A stretch of DNA of 41,139 bases from Pseudomonadota bacterium (GCA_039798985.1 JBDKEX010000074.1:1-41139); one strand, 5' to 3'. Positions 1-10,878 are shown, counted from the stretch's first letter. Notes: generated from the letters alone by a model not told the origin. Numbers and translations are program-made.

Positions 1-41
1 TGCGGCCGTTGGGCAAAGCAATGCGGTTCATGTTTGGGTCC

Positions 42-1199
42 TTATTTGCGCTGGCCCGTGCCCAAGGGGGTGGGGGGCTCGCTGGCCGGCACCCGACCGT
101 AGGCGTGTGGCAAAGAAACAGTCTTGAGCTGCGGCAGCACTTTGGCGCCAAAAATCTCACACTCCTGCAGGTGCGGGTAGCCCGAGAAAATGAAGGCGCG
201 CATGCCCATCTTCATGTAGTCGTGGATTTCGCTCAGCACCTGGTCCACGCTCCCGACCAAAGCGGCGCCGCAGCCGCTGCGAGCGCGTCCCACGCCCGTC
301 CACAGGTGGGGCTCGATGTAGCCCTCGTCGTCGGCCATGTCGCGGTTCGCGCTCTGCAGCGAAACACCCAGGCTTTTGGCGTCGAGAGCGCGGTTGCGGA
401 TCGCGCTGCCGGCGTTGTCATCCAGTTTGGAGACCAGCTCGCGGGCGTATTCGCGGGCCTCCTTTTCGGTGTCTCGCACGATCATGTGAACGCGCAAACC
501 ATAGTCGAGCAGTCGTCCATGGCGCTCCGCGTGGGCATGGACGTCGCGCATGCGCTGCGCCAGCACTTCTTTGGGCTCGGGCCACATCAGGTAGGTATCG
601 CAATGCGCGCCGCACAGTGCCAAAGCGTCGGGGCTGTAACCCCCAAAGTACAACAGCGGCCCGCCGTTGATCTGGTAAGGCTTGACCGGATCGGTCGACA
701 AGCCCTTGAGCTGGTAAATCTGGCCTTCGTAGTCGATGGTGTCCTGCGTCCAGGCCTGCTTGAGGATCTCCACCACCTCCCAGCTGCGACGGTAGCGGTA
801 GGCACTGTCGGCCTGCTCGCCCGGAAAATCAGAAGAAATGACGTTCAGCGTCAAACGGCCTTGCAGCATGTGGTCCAAAGTGGCCACGGTGCGGGCCAGC
901 ATGGCCGGCTGCAGCTCCCCGCAACGGATGGCTGCCAGCATGTTCATGCGTGCGGTGCGCGGGGCCATTGCCGCCACAAAACTCAAAGTGTCCTGCCCCA
1001 CCTGGTAGGACGACGGGCAAAGAATGTTGCGAAAGCCCAGCTCGTCGGCGCGCTGGGCAATGCGACTGGTGTTCGCCCAGCTGCTGCGCAAGTCGCCTTC
1101 CGGCACACCCAGGTGACGAAAGTCATCTGAACACAGTGGGGCAAACCAGGCCACCTCGGCACCGTTAATATCGGCACCTCTGATTGGAACGACACTCAT
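42..1199 (-). CDS. LLM-class FMNH2-dependent monooxygenase, SsuD (alkanesulfonate monooxygenase)-like
   Basis: 385-aa ORF that aligns by eye along its length with E. coli SsuD (PLLYFGGYSPDA, LRVHMIVRDTEKEA, HLWTGVG..GCGAALVGS, FIFSGYPHLQE). There are no ssuE/ssuABC partners in the window, so no substrate is assigned. Confidence 0.8.
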   Translation of the reverse strand: MSVVPIRGADINGAEVAWFAPLCSDDFRHLGVPEGDLRSSWANTSRIAQRADELGFRNILCPSSYQVGQDTLSFVAAMAPRTARMNMLAAIRCGELQPAMLARTVATLDHMLQGRLTLNVISSDFPGEQADSAYRYRRSWEVVEILKQAWTQDTIDYEGQIYQLKGLSTDPVKPYQINGGPLLYFGGYSPDALALCGAHCDTYLMWPEPKEVLAQRMRDVHAHAERHGRLLDYGLRVHMIVRDTEKEAREYARELVSKLDDNAGSAIRNRALDAKSLGVSLQSANRDMADDEGYIEPHLWTGVGRARSGCGAALVGSVDQVLSEIHDYMKMGMRAFIFSGYPHLQECEIFGAKVLPQLKTVSLPHAYGRVPASEPPTPLGTGQRK

Positions 1200-1297
1200 G
1201 CTGCTTCCGAGTATTAAGTGTATGAATGGTATATGAATTGATGCTAACAGAGATCAGGGTTATCACGGACAAGGCTGGGCTTTGCCATACTTGACGC

Positions 1298-2023
1298 ATG
1301 AGATACGCGACACCCGCCAAGCCCCTGCCGATTTACCTGCAAATTGCCGAATTGCTGGGTCGGCAAATCAAGGCCGGTTACTGGCGCCAGGGCGAGCGCT
1401 TGCCCACAGAGTCAGAATTGGCAACCAAGCTGGATGTGGCTGTGGGCACTTTGCGCAAGGCATTGGCCGTGCTGGAAGAGCAAGGCATTTTGCAACGCAT
1501 CCAGGGTTCTGGCACCTACTTGAGAAAGCTGGAAGGCGCGGGTCAGATCTATGAGCTTTTTCGACTGGAACTGACCACCGGTCCAGGCCTGCCGACCGCG
1601 CACATTGTCGATGTGAGCCTGGACACGTGTCCTCCCAAGCTTGCTGCTTTTGGCACGGCCGATGGCTTGAGCACCCAAACTTGGCGAATACGGCGGATGC
1701 GCTTTCTCAGCCAGATACCTGTCGCACTGGAGGAGATATGGTTCGATGCGCGGCACTGCGCCCAACTGAACGCCAAAGACTTGGGCGATTCGATGTATCT
1801 GTTCTACCAGCAGCGCTTGGGTGTGTGGATTGCCCGGGTGGAAGACCGCATCTCGGTCGCCTCGGCGCCCGACTGGGCGCAGCCTCCATGGGGCCTGGTT
1901 TCGGGGGCTTGTGCAGGTTATATCGAACGCGTGTCTTGGACCGCGAGCAATGAAGTGGCGGAGTTTTCACGCACCTGGTTTGACCCCAAGGTCTGCAGCT
2001 ATTCGTCGCGAATGACCCAGTGA
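1298..2023 (+). CDS. GntR-family transcriptional regulator, HutC subfamily (wHTH + UTRA-like C-terminal domain)
   Basis: The N-terminus PLPIYLQIAELLGRQIKAGYWRQGERLPTESELATKLDVAVGTLRKALAVLEEQGILQRIQGSGTYL is a textbook GntR winged helix. It is 241 aa and divergent from the monooxygenase gene. Confidence 0.85.
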   Translation: MRYATPAKPLPIYLQIAELLGRQIKAGYWRQGERLPTESELATKLDVAVGTLRKALAVLEEQGILQRIQGSGTYLRKLEGAGQIYELFRLELTTGPGLPTAHIVDVSLDTCPPKLAAFGTADGLSTQTWRIRRMRFLSQIPVALEEIWFDARHCAQLNAKDLGDSMYLFYQQRLGVWIARVEDRISVASAPDWAQPPWGLVSGACAGYIERVSWTASNEVAEFSRTWFDPKVCSYSSRMTQ

Positions 2024-2063
2024 ACCTGGCCATGACCGCAGAACATTCAAAGTGAAAATTCAG

Positions 2064-3230
2064 TCAGACCGCCCCGGCGCCCGCACTGGCGTGGCACACG
2101 TAAACGGTGCCCTGCTCGCCTGAAGGGGCGCGGTAGCGGTCGCGCACCGCTGCCGTCACCTCGTCCACTTTGGCTTGGGGCATCAAGGCCACCGCGCAAC
2201 CGCCAAACCCCCCGCCGGTCATGCGGGCGCCGCCTTCGTGGCCTATGGCTTCCTGCAGGATTGCCACCAACTGGTCGATGGCGGGCACGGTGATTTCAAA
2301 ATCGTCCCGCATGCTGGCGTGCGATTCGGCCATCAGTTGGCCCACCCGGGTCAGCTGTTGTTGCGCCAGGGCCTGCGCCATGTCCAGGGTGCGCTGGTTT
2401 TCGGTGACCACATGCCGGGCCCGGCGGTAAATCACCTCGTCCAGCACGGCACTTTGGGCCTCCAAGCCCGCAAGCGTGACCTGGCGCAATGACGGCACAC
2501 CAAAAAAGCGGGCGGCGGCTTCGCACTGCTGGCGCCGGGTGTTGTATTCGCTTTCCACCAACCCGCGTTTGACGCGTGAATGCACAATCATCACGGCCAG
2601 GTCGTGTGGCATGGGCACGGGTTGCAGCGCCAGGTTGTCGCAATCAATCAGCACCGCGTGGTCTGCCAAGCCCTGGGCCGAAATCAGCTGGTCCATGATG
2701 CCGCAGTTGCAACCCACAAATTCGTTTTCGGCGCGTTGTGCCAGCAGGGCGATGTCGACACCGCTGAGGTGACTCAGGCTGGACAGTTCTTTGAAGGCTT
2801 GGCCCACCGCCACTTCCAGCGAGGCCGAAGAAGACAGCCCCGCGCCCTGAGGCACATTGCCGCCTATGACAAGGTTGGCCCCGCTGAGAATGCAGCCGTG
2901 TTGCTGCAAGGCCTGCACCATGCCACGCACATAGTTGGCCCAAGGTGCGTCTGCGCGCGGTTCAATGGGGGCGTTGAGCGCAAAGCGGTCGGTGGCGTTG
3001 TTCAGGTCCAGGGCCATCACGTGAACCCAGGCGTCGTTGCGCGATTCGGCGGCCACCACGGTGGCAAAGTCGATGGCGCAGGGCAGCACGAAACCGTGGT
3101 TGTAGTCGGTGTGCTCGCCGATCAGGTTGACCCGGCCGGGCGCGCGCACCACATGGGTGGCGGCGTGGCCGTGGGTGTGTTCAAAGGCGCCGGTAACGCG
3201 CGCTAGCAAAGGGTTCGGTGCGTGTTGCAT
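2064..3230 (-). CDS. galK: galactokinase
   Basis: 388 aa. It carries the galactokinase signature [22 protein letters not shown] and the GHMP ATP loop [40 protein letters not shown] and MTGGGFGGC are also present, near-colinear with E. coli GalK. Confidence 0.95.
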   Translation of the reverse strand: MQHAPNPLLARVTGAFEHTHGHAATHVVRAPGRVNLIGEHTDYNHGFVLPCAIDFATVVAAESRNDAWVHVMALDLNNATDRFALNAPIEPRADAPWANYVRGMVQALQQHGCILSGANLVIGGNVPQGAGLSSSASLEVAVGQAFKELSSLSHLSGVDIALLAQRAENEFVGCNCGIMDQLISAQGLADHAVLIDCDNLALQPVPMPHDLAVMIVHSRVKRGLVESEYNTRRQQCEAAARFFGVPSLRQVTLAGLEAQSAVLDEVIYRRARHVVTENQRTLDMAQALAQQQLTRVGQLMAESHASMRDDFEITVPAIDQLVAILQEAIGHEGGARMTGGGFGGCAVALMPQAKVDEVTAAVRDRYRAPSGEQGTVYVCHASAGAGAV

Positions 3231-3248
3231 GTGGTGCGCGGGCCGGGG

Positions 3249-4306
<1,058 letters not shown>

Positions 4307-4310
<4 letters not shown>

Positions 4311-5320
4311 GGTGCATAGCCCGTGGGGTGGCTGGACTGCCAGTGCCAGGTGTCTGCGCACATTTCGTCCAGGCCTCTTTGGGCTGTCCAACCCAGTGCC
4401 TGGTGGGCAAGGGTGGCGTCCGCCCAGTAAGCCGCCAGGTCGCCCGCGCGCCGCGGCGCCACCACATAGGGCAAATCGCGCCCGCAGGCCTGGCTGAATG
4501 CAGTCAGCATTTCCAACACGCTGTGCCCCAGGCCGCGCCCCAGGTTGTAGGTGTGCAAGCCGGGTTGCCCGTGGCCACGTTCGCAGGCTGCCAAATGCCC
4601 TTCGGCCAGATCCATGACGTGGATGTAGTCGCGCACGCCGGTGCCGTCGGGGGTGGGGTAGTCGTTGCCAAACACCTGCAGAGCCTCGCGCCGCCCCACG
4701 GCCACCTGGGCAAGGTAGGGCATCAGGTTGTTGGGCACGCCTTGTGGGTCTTCGCCCATCAGACCGCTGGGGTGGGCTCCCACGGGGTTGAAGTAGCGCA
4801 GCGCTGTCAGTGACCAACTGGGTTCGGCCACGGCCAAGTCGGCCAAGATTTGTTCCACCATCCATTTGGTGCGGCCGTAGGGGTTGCTGGGGTGCTTTGC
4901 GGCATCTTCCCTCAGCGGCATCACGTCGGATTCGGCGTACACCGTGGCCGACGAGCTGAACACCAGTGTTTTGACGCCCGTGGCTTGCATGGCGCGCAAC
5001 AGAACCAGCGTGCCGTTGACGTTGTTGTCGTAATAGGCCAAGGGTTGCTGCACCGATTCGCCCACGGCCTTCCAGCCCGCGAAATGGATCACCGCCTCAA
5101 TGCCATGATCGCGCAGAACGCGTTCGACCAAGGCTTGGTCGCGAACATCTCCCTGCACAAACACCGGGCGCTGGCCGGCCACTTGTGCCATGCGGTCCAC
5201 CACGCTGGCTTTGGCATTGTGCAAGTTGTCAAGGATGACCGGCCCATGCCCGGCAAGCAGCAGTTGCACGCACGTCAGGCTGCCGATGTAACCGGCACCA
5301 CCGGTAACGAGGATGTTCAT
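4307..5320 (-). CDS. galE: UDP-glucose 4-epimerase
   Basis: The start is taken at MNILVTGGAGYIGS (Rossmann GxxGxxG at the N-terminus, as in E. coli GalE). The catalytic YGRTK (YxxxK) is present, and the 337 aa are colinear with GalE. Confidence 0.93.
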
Positions 5321-5367
5321 AAGTCGTGTTTGGACGGGTTGGGGGAGGTGAATTGGGGTTGCTGGCC

Positions 5368-6498
5368 TCAGCAAGGTAGGTCAACGGTGCGTGGCAGGGC
5401 GTGTTGCTTGTCGTCGAAAACATGCAAAGCGTCTGGCGCGGCTGACAATGCCACGCGTTCGCCCTTGTGGAAGCGGGTGGCCCCGGGAGCACGAACCATC
5501 CACCCCGGGCCGCCAGGCGCATCGTCCAAGTACCCGTAGGTGACTTCGCCCAAGCATTCCTGCCACTGCACGGTGCGCAGCAGGTGCTGTCCATGGCAGC
5601 CAAGTGCCAAATGCTCGGGGCGTATTCCCACCGTGACGCGGGCGCCCGGGGGCAGTGCTTGTGCATTCACCCGGGCGGAGAGTGCTTCACCGCTGTCGAG
5701 CAGCACGGTGGCTGACTCAGGGGCGCTGGACTGCAGTGCCCCGGTGGCAAAGTTCATTTTGGGTGAGCCCATAAAACCGGCCACAAACAGCGTGCGCGGG
5801 CGGTGGTAAAGCTCCATGGGCGAGCCAAACTGGGCAATGCTGCCTTCCTTGGGCACGGCGTCGCCGGTGTTGAGCAGCAAGATCCGGTCGGCCAGTGTCA
5901 TGGCCTCTACTTGGTCGTGGGTCACATACACCGTGCTGGCACGGCCATAGTCGCGGTGCAGCTTGGCAATTTCCAGCCGGGTTTGGCCGCGCAAGGCGGC
6001 ATCCAAGTTCGACAGGGGTTCGTCGAACAGAAAAACACCGGGTTCACGCACAATGGCCCGCCCAATGGCCACCCGCTGCCGTTGCCCGCCCGACAGTTGT
6101 TTGGGTTTTCGGTCCAACAGGTGATCCAACTGAAGTACCCGGGCCGCCTCTCGCACCTTTTTGTCGAGGGTGGCTTTTGGAGTTCCGGTGACGGACAAGC
6201 CAAAGCCCATGTTGTCGTAAACCGAAAGGTGGGGGAACAGGGCGTAGTTCTGAAACACCATGGCCACCCCCCGCTGGGCCGGCGGTACGTTGTTCATGCG
6301 CACCCCGCCCACGCGCAATTCCCCCGCAGTGATGTCCTCCAACCCCGCCAACATGCGCAGCAGCGTGGACTTACCGCACCCCGAGGGGCCCACGAACACG
6401 CAAAACTCACCTTGCTGCACGTGGATGCTCACGTCCCGGATGACGCAACTGTCGTTTCCATACGATTTGTTGACTGACAAAAGTTCAAGACTGGCCAT
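5368..6498 (-). CDS. sugar ABC transporter ATP-binding protein (MalK/UgpC/MsmK type), with no adjacent permease genes
   Basis: Walker [10 protein letters not shown], signature [14 protein letters not shown] and Walker [13 protein letters not shown] are present. It also has the C-terminal MalK-like regulatory/TOBE region. 376 aa. Confidence 0.9.
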   Translation of the reverse strand: MASLELLSVNKSYGNDSCVIRDVSIHVQQGEFCVFVGPSGCGKSTLLRMLAGLEDITAGELRVGGVRMNNVPPAQRGVAMVFQNYALFPHLSVYDNMGFGLSVTGTPKATLDKKVREAARVLQLDHLLDRKPKQLSGGQRQRVAIGRAIVREPGVFLFDEPLSNLDAALRGQTRLEIAKLHRDYGRASTVYVTHDQVEAMTLADRILLLNTGDAVPKEGSIAQFGSPMELYHRPRTLFVAGFMGSPKMNFATGALQSSAPESATVLLDSGEALSARVNAQALPPGARVTVGIRPEHLALGCHGQHLLRTVQWQECLGEVTYGYLDDAPGGPGWMVRAPGATRFHKGERVALSAAPDALHVFDDKQHALPRTVDLPC

Positions 6499-6532
6499 GG
6501 AATTGATCGGTGGGCTGCGATAGACTCGATGA

Positions 6533-6555
6533 TATTGCCAATATTATTGGCAATA
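6533..6555. promoter_or_regulatory. perfect 23-bp AT-rich palindrome TATTGCCAATA-T-TATTGGCAATA, a candidate operator upstream of the orphan ATPase gene
   Basis: All 11 arm pairs were checked by hand. It lies 35-57 nt upstream of the ATPase ATG (6498), in the only sizeable gap (81 nt) of the minus-strand gal operon. Its 10-mer TTATTGGCAA recurs at 10822-10831 upstream of the permease operon. Confidence 0.4.
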
Positions 6556-6579
6556 ATCAGTAAAAACCCTAGGGTTGGC

Positions 6580-7632
6580 TCAATCTGTGGTGTGGAATCG
6601 GTAGATGGCACGGTGTTCCCAAGCTTGGCCGGGTTCCAGCCACACCGTGGGTTGGGGCCATTCCGGGTGGTTGGGGCTGTCGGGCAGCCACTGGGGTTCC
6701 AGCGCCAAGCCTTGGCACGCCAGGTAGGTTTGGCCGTTGGGGGCGGGAAGCCCCGCCAGGTACTGGCCTGCATAGAGCTGGAGGGCCGGCTGGGTGCTGA
6801 AGAGGCTCAGGGTCAAACGGCCGTCGGCCGATCCAAGCCAGGCAGCGGGTTGGTCGAGACTGGGCTTGTCCAGCAGGAAGGCGTGGTCGTAACCTGCGCC
6901 GTGGCGTTGTTGTTCGTCTTGCAGCCAGTGGGTCAGCAATTTGCGCGGGGTTCGAAAGTCAAAAGAGGTGTGGGCGGTTGGGGCCAGTGGCCCCAGTGGA
7001 ATCAGCCCGACGTCCACCGGGGCAAAGCGTTGCGCGTTCAGTTGCAGCGTGTGTTGCCGCACGTCGGTGCAGCCGCCCTGTTCGTTGCGGGGGTCCAGGT
7101 TGAAGTAGGCGTGGTTGCTCACACACACCGGGCAGCTTTGGTCCACAGTGACCCGCCAACTCAGCTCCAAGGACCAATCGTCCAGAAGCTGGTACTGGGT
7201 TTGGACGCTGGCGTGCCCCGGGTAGCCTTGGTCGCCATCGGGCGATTCAAGGGTGTAAGCCACAGAACTTCCCGTGAGCGAGGTTTGTTCCCAGCGGCGG
7301 GTGTCCCACCCGTGCGGCCCGCCATGCAATTGGTGGGGTTGCCCGGGTTCGCGTTTGAGCGCCCAAGTTTGGTGTTTTTGGGAGAAGCGCCCGTGGGCAA
7401 TGCGGTTGGCATAACGGCCCAGTGTGCTGCCCATGTAACTGCGCGGTTGATGTGGGCCCACCTGCGGGTAGCTGGGCGGCAACAAAACCTGGCGCAATGA
7501 GCCGTCGGGCAGTCGCACTTCGCAGCGGAGCCAGCTGGCGCCCCACGCGCTGCACTCAACCCGAATGCCAGGTTTGGGTTCGCTGGCCCCCAGCCAAACG
7601 GTGTCTTCGCGGGTCACAGCGGTCGGTGCCAT
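6580..7632 (-). CDS. galM: aldose 1-epimerase (galactose mutarotase)
   Basis: GRYANRIAHGRF, QLHGGPHGWDTRRW, SPDGDQGYPG, NHAYFNL, GYDHAFLL and LPDSPNHPEWPQP all match E. coli GalM blocks. The start is uncertain: ATG at 7632 gives a 19-nt overlap with the GH42 gene, while the in-frame GTG at 7617 gives a GTGA overlap. The longer tracked ORF (to 7860) is an extension into the GH42 gene. Confidence 0.88.
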   Translation of the reverse strand: MAPTAVTREDTVWLGASEPKPGIRVECSAWGASWLRCEVRLPDGSLRQVLLPPSYPQVGPHQPRSYMGSTLGRYANRIAHGRFSQKHQTWALKREPGQPHQLHGGPHGWDTRRWEQTSLTGSSVAYTLESPDGDQGYPGHASVQTQYQLLDDWSLELSWRVTVDQSCPVCVSNHAYFNLDPRNEQGGCTDVRQHTLQLNAQRFAPVDVGLIPLGPLAPTAHTSFDFRTPRKLLTHWLQDEQQRHGAGYDHAFLLDKPSLDQPAAWLGSADGRLTLSLFSTQPALQLYAGQYLAGLPAPNGQTYLACQGLALEPQWLPDSPNHPEWPQPTVWLEPGQAWEHRAIYRFHTTD

Positions 7633-9623
7633 AGGCTGATTCCATGGGGAGGTAATTCGGTCGAGCCCATCACATTTTGAAACCCGGGTGCGTGTCCGGT
7701 GCCAGGCTGCCAGGTGTGGGTTCGGTCCGAGAAGTTGCAGGCGATCAGCCAGTTGCCCCATTGGCTGACGCGCACATCTTGCGGCAGCTCTTGTGCGGGC
7801 AAGCCAGCGGCTCGTGCGCACAACCCCAGCCAGGTGACCCAATCGTTGTCGGACAGCCAACCCAGTGTGCCGTGCACCGTGCCGTGGCGGGTGAGGGCGG
7901 GGCGCCCGTCGTCGTCAAACGTGGCCACCACCTTTGCTCCGGCCAAAGCGGCGTCCTCGCACCAGCGTTGGGCTTGGGCGGGTTGCCCGCCGGGCAGTGT
8001 GAGCGTTCGGGTCATGCCCGGTGGCATGGATGCAACCCGTTCCACGCGGTAGCCGGTCAGGTCAACCAAGGTTCCGGGGGGCACCAGCGCGCCACCCTCT
8101 GGGTCTTCAGGGAAGCTCAGGTGGGCTGACTTGGAGCCAAATCGCGGCCCCATCACCAGGTGGGTGCCGGATTGGGCGGCGGCGCGCAATTCGGCGGCCA
8201 ATGGGTCTGACACATGCAGCTGCGCGGGCAGTACCACCATGGTGTGGTTTTGCAGCGTTTGGTTCGGCGCCACAAGGTCCACGTCCAGCCCCAGTTGCCG
8301 CAAGGCGCTGTAAACCCGAAAGTGCAGTTCCAGTGGGTTGAAGTCGGCTCCCTGGGGCTGGATCTGGGCCATCCAGAGGCTCTCGTAATCGAACACCAAG
8401 GCGACCCGGTGGGCCACCGCTGCGGGCGTGAGGTCCCAGCCTTGTGCGGCAAGTTGGGCGAGTTCTGCGCCCACTTGGCTCGCCTCTAGCCCGCCTTGGT
8501 CCAGGGTTCGGTCGGGGCGGTGCAAGCCGGTGTGCATTTGTTCCTGGGCAAAAGGGGCTTGCCGCCAGCGAAAATAGCTGACCACCTCGGCCCCGTGCGC
8601 AAACGCTTGCCAGGTCCACAAGCGAACCATGCCGTCGTGCGGTGCGGGGTTCCAGCTGGCCCAGTTCACGGGCCCTGGCTGCTGTTCCATGACCCACCAG
8701 CGGCCTTGGCACATGCCCCGGTAGAGGTCGTGGTGGAAGGCGGGTATGTCGGGGTGGCCGGTGCGGGCATAACGCACTTTTTCGGCCGAATTCAAAAAGA
8801 AATTTTGGGTAAAACCCAGCGGGTAGCTGTCCCAGGTGGCGATGTCGAGGTCCTGGGCCACCTCGTGGTGGTTGAATTCGGTGAAGAACCCCATGAAGTT
8901 GTGGGTAACCGGGCGGCCCGGTGACAGCTCCCTGATGATGGGGGTCTGCTCCCGATTGAATGCGCGCACCTCGCTGGAGGCGAAACGGCGCCAATCGAGC
9001 CGATGCGCTGGGTTGGCCTCCGTTACGGTTTGTGCGGGCAGGTTCACTTCATCAAATGACCGGTAGGTCTGGCTCCAAAACACGGTGCCCCAGGCTTGGT
9101 TGAGCGCCTCGGTGGAGCCGTAACGCTGCGCCAACCAATGCCTGAACCCCTGCAAAGCCGCGTCTGATGTGCTCAACACCGTGTCGTGGCAACCGTATTC
9201 ATTGTCGGTTTGCCAGGCCCCCACGCCGGGGTGTTTTCCGTAGCGTTCGGCCACCAAGCGGGTGATGCGCCGGGACTCGCTTCGATAACCGGCGTGAGAG
9301 AAGCAGTAATGCCTGCGCGACCCGAACTTTCTGGGTTGCCCGTTGAGGTCGCGGGCCACCATGTCCGGCATCCGGTCGATCAACCATTTTGGGGGGGTGG
9401 CGGTGGGGGTGCACATAACCACCCGCAGGCCGTGTTCGTGCAGCGTGTTGACAGCCTGGTCCAGCCAGGCCCAATCCAACACACCGGGTTCGGGTTCGAT
9501 TTGGCTCCAGGCAAACTCGGCAATGCGCACCCAGCGTATGCCCATATCGCGCATGCGCCGGGCGTCGTCGGCCCACCACGCGGTGGGCCATTGTTCGGGG
9601 TAGTAGCAAACACCCAGTTCCAT
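7614..9623 (-). CDS. GH42 beta-galactosidase
   Basis: 669 aa. The N-terminus is CYYPEQWP...MGIRWVRIAEFAWSQIEPEPG. The acid/base block WQTDNEYG and the nucleophile block WWVMEQQPGPVNW are typical of GH42. There is no signal peptide. Confidence 0.92.
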   Translation of the reverse strand: MELGVCYYPEQWPTAWWADDARRMRDMGIRWVRIAEFAWSQIEPEPGVLDWAWLDQAVNTLHEHGLRVVMCTPTATPPKWLIDRMPDMVARDLNGQPRKFGSRRHYCFSHAGYRSESRRITRLVAERYGKHPGVGAWQTDNEYGCHDTVLSTSDAALQGFRHWLAQRYGSTEALNQAWGTVFWSQTYRSFDEVNLPAQTVTEANPAHRLDWRRFASSEVRAFNREQTPIIRELSPGRPVTHNFMGFFTEFNHHEVAQDLDIATWDSYPLGFTQNFFLNSAEKVRYARTGHPDIPAFHHDLYRGMCQGRWWVMEQQPGPVNWASWNPAPHDGMVRLWTWQAFAHGAEVVSYFRWRQAPFAQEQMHTGLHRPDRTLDQGGLEASQVGAELAQLAAQGWDLTPAAVAHRVALVFDYESLWMAQIQPQGADFNPLELHFRVYSALRQLGLDVDLVAPNQTLQNHTMVVLPAQLHVSDPLAAELRAAAQSGTHLVMGPRFGSKSAHLSFPEDPEGGALVPPGTLVDLTGYRVERVASMPPGMTRTLTLPGGQPAQAQRWCEDAALAGAKVVATFDDDGRPALTRHGTVHGTLGWLSDNDWVTWLGLCARAAGLPAQELPQDVRVSQWGNWLIACNFSDRTHTWQPGTGHAPGFQNVMGSTELPPHGISLWHRPL

Positions 9624-9632
9624 GCGGCACCT

Positions 9633-10700
9633 TCAGGCGGTTTGGGCGCGTTCGGCCACCGAGTCTCGCTCCACCAGGGGGCAATCTACCTTCAACATGG
9701 TTCGGCGCTGTGAGGTGCCGTCAACCAAGTCGAACAGCAACTCCACGGCAGCGCGACCCATGTCGTAATTGGGCAGCACCATGGTGGTCAGTGGGGGGTG
9801 GGTGTGCCGGGAAATTTCCTGATCGTCGTAGCCCATCACAGACACATCCTCTGGCACGCGCAGCCCCAATTGCCGCAAGGCCTCTATGGCACCCACCGCC
9901 ATCAGGTCGTTGGCACAAAAAATGGCGGTAGGTGGTCGCGGTTCACCCATCAATGACAGGGTGTGCTCAAAGCCGCTGCCCGACATCCAGTCGCCCGCCC
10001 GCACCAAGGCGGGGTCAAAGGGCAGGTCGGCGGTGGCAAGGGCGCGCCGGTAGCCCTTGAGGCGGTCTTCGGCGGCTTCCTGCCACGATTCGCCGTTGAT
10101 GAAGGCAATCCGCTCATGCCCCAAGGTGATCAAATGTTCGGTGGCCGCTTGTCCGCCACCAATTTCACCCGGTACCACGGTGGGCAGGCGTGAGCCGGGG
10201 CTGTGGCAGTTCAACAGCACCAAAGGTTGTTGGCGCAGCCGCGCAGGAACCTCAACCTCACGCGTGAAGATGGTGGAGTAAATCACCCCGATCAGGTCGG
10301 GGTGGCTGAGCATCATCTCTATGGCTGCATCGGTTTGTTCTGGGTTGTTGCGGGTCACGGCAACGGTCACCAAGCATTCATGCTCCCAGGCGGCATCGCG
10401 CGCGCCATCGACACTGACCACCGGGTGAGGGCTGGTGGAAATTTCGTCCACCAGGTAACCAATCACTTTTTTGCGGGCGGGGGTGCTGGCGGGCGGGGGC
10501 GGTGTTTCCCGCTTGGGCAGTGCGTAACCCATTTGGGCGGCCACTTGCAAAACGGTGGCACGCGTGGTGTCGGCCAGGCGTGCGCCCGGCATGTTGTTCA
10601 GCACCATGGAGACCGTGGACTGTGACACGCCGGCAGCCTTGGCGACATCGGTCATGGTGGGGCGTCTGGGTGGACTCGACAGGGGTTGTGGCGGGCTCAT
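9633..10700 (-). CDS. LacI-family transcriptional repressor (first gene of the GH42-galM... transcription unit)
   Basis: The HTH MTDVAKAAGVSQSTVSMVLNN is followed by a periplasmic-binding-protein-like sugar domain (VMGYDDQEISRHTHPPLTTM). The start is uncertain (ATG at 10700 or 10655; the tracked ORF begins at 10763). Its stop is 9 nt from the GH42 ATG, with GAAGGTG overlapping the stop as the SD. Confidence 0.85.
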   Translation of the reverse strand: MSPPQPLSSPPRRPTMTDVAKAAGVSQSTVSMVLNNMPGARLADTTRATVLQVAAQMGYALPKRETPPPPASTPARKKVIGYLVDEISTSPHPVVSVDGARDAAWEHECLVTVAVTRNNPEQTDAAIEMMLSHPDLIGVIYSTIFTREVEVPARLRQQPLVLLNCHSPGSRLPTVVPGEIGGGQAATEHLITLGHERIAFINGESWQEAAEDRLKGYRRALATADLPFDPALVRAGDWMSGSGFEHTLSLMGEPRPPTAIFCANDLMAVGAIEALRQLGLRVPEDVSVMGYDDQEISRHTHPPLTTMVLPNYDMGRAAVELLFDLVDGTSQRRTMLKVDCPLVERDSVAERAQTA

Positions 10701-10878
10701 GTGGATTCGAAAGATTGGCTTTATTACCCGTGGGTGCAAACTGCGCTGCCCTTTGGGCTGCAACGGTATTTTGCAGCATACATGCTAATTAAAATTCAAA
10801 ACCAAGCGTTTTCCCTAATAGTTATTGGCAAACGTTGAAAATATTATCAAACAATCGATTGCACTGACAGGAGCTGGT

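Noticed and set aside
1211-1266. GTAT-type direct repeats (GTATTAA / GTGTATGAAT / GGTATATGAAT) and a TTGATG-17-TATCAC promoter-like pattern between the monooxygenase and GntR genes
   Set aside because: This is a plausible divergent promoter/GntR operator region. However, the repeats are short and degenerate and the -10 matches only 4 of 6, which is not enough to call a site.
4311-4865. 185-aa N-terminal extension of the galT ORF. Similar extensions occur at 7633-7860 (galM), 21053-21268 (GH-J), 27511-27831 (glk) and 33764-33964 (aglK)
   Set aside because: Each extension overlaps the 3' end of the upstream, well-supported gene and is Arg/Pro/Gly-rich. Homologs start at the internal Met, which in each case is positioned for coupling or preceded by an SD-like sequence.
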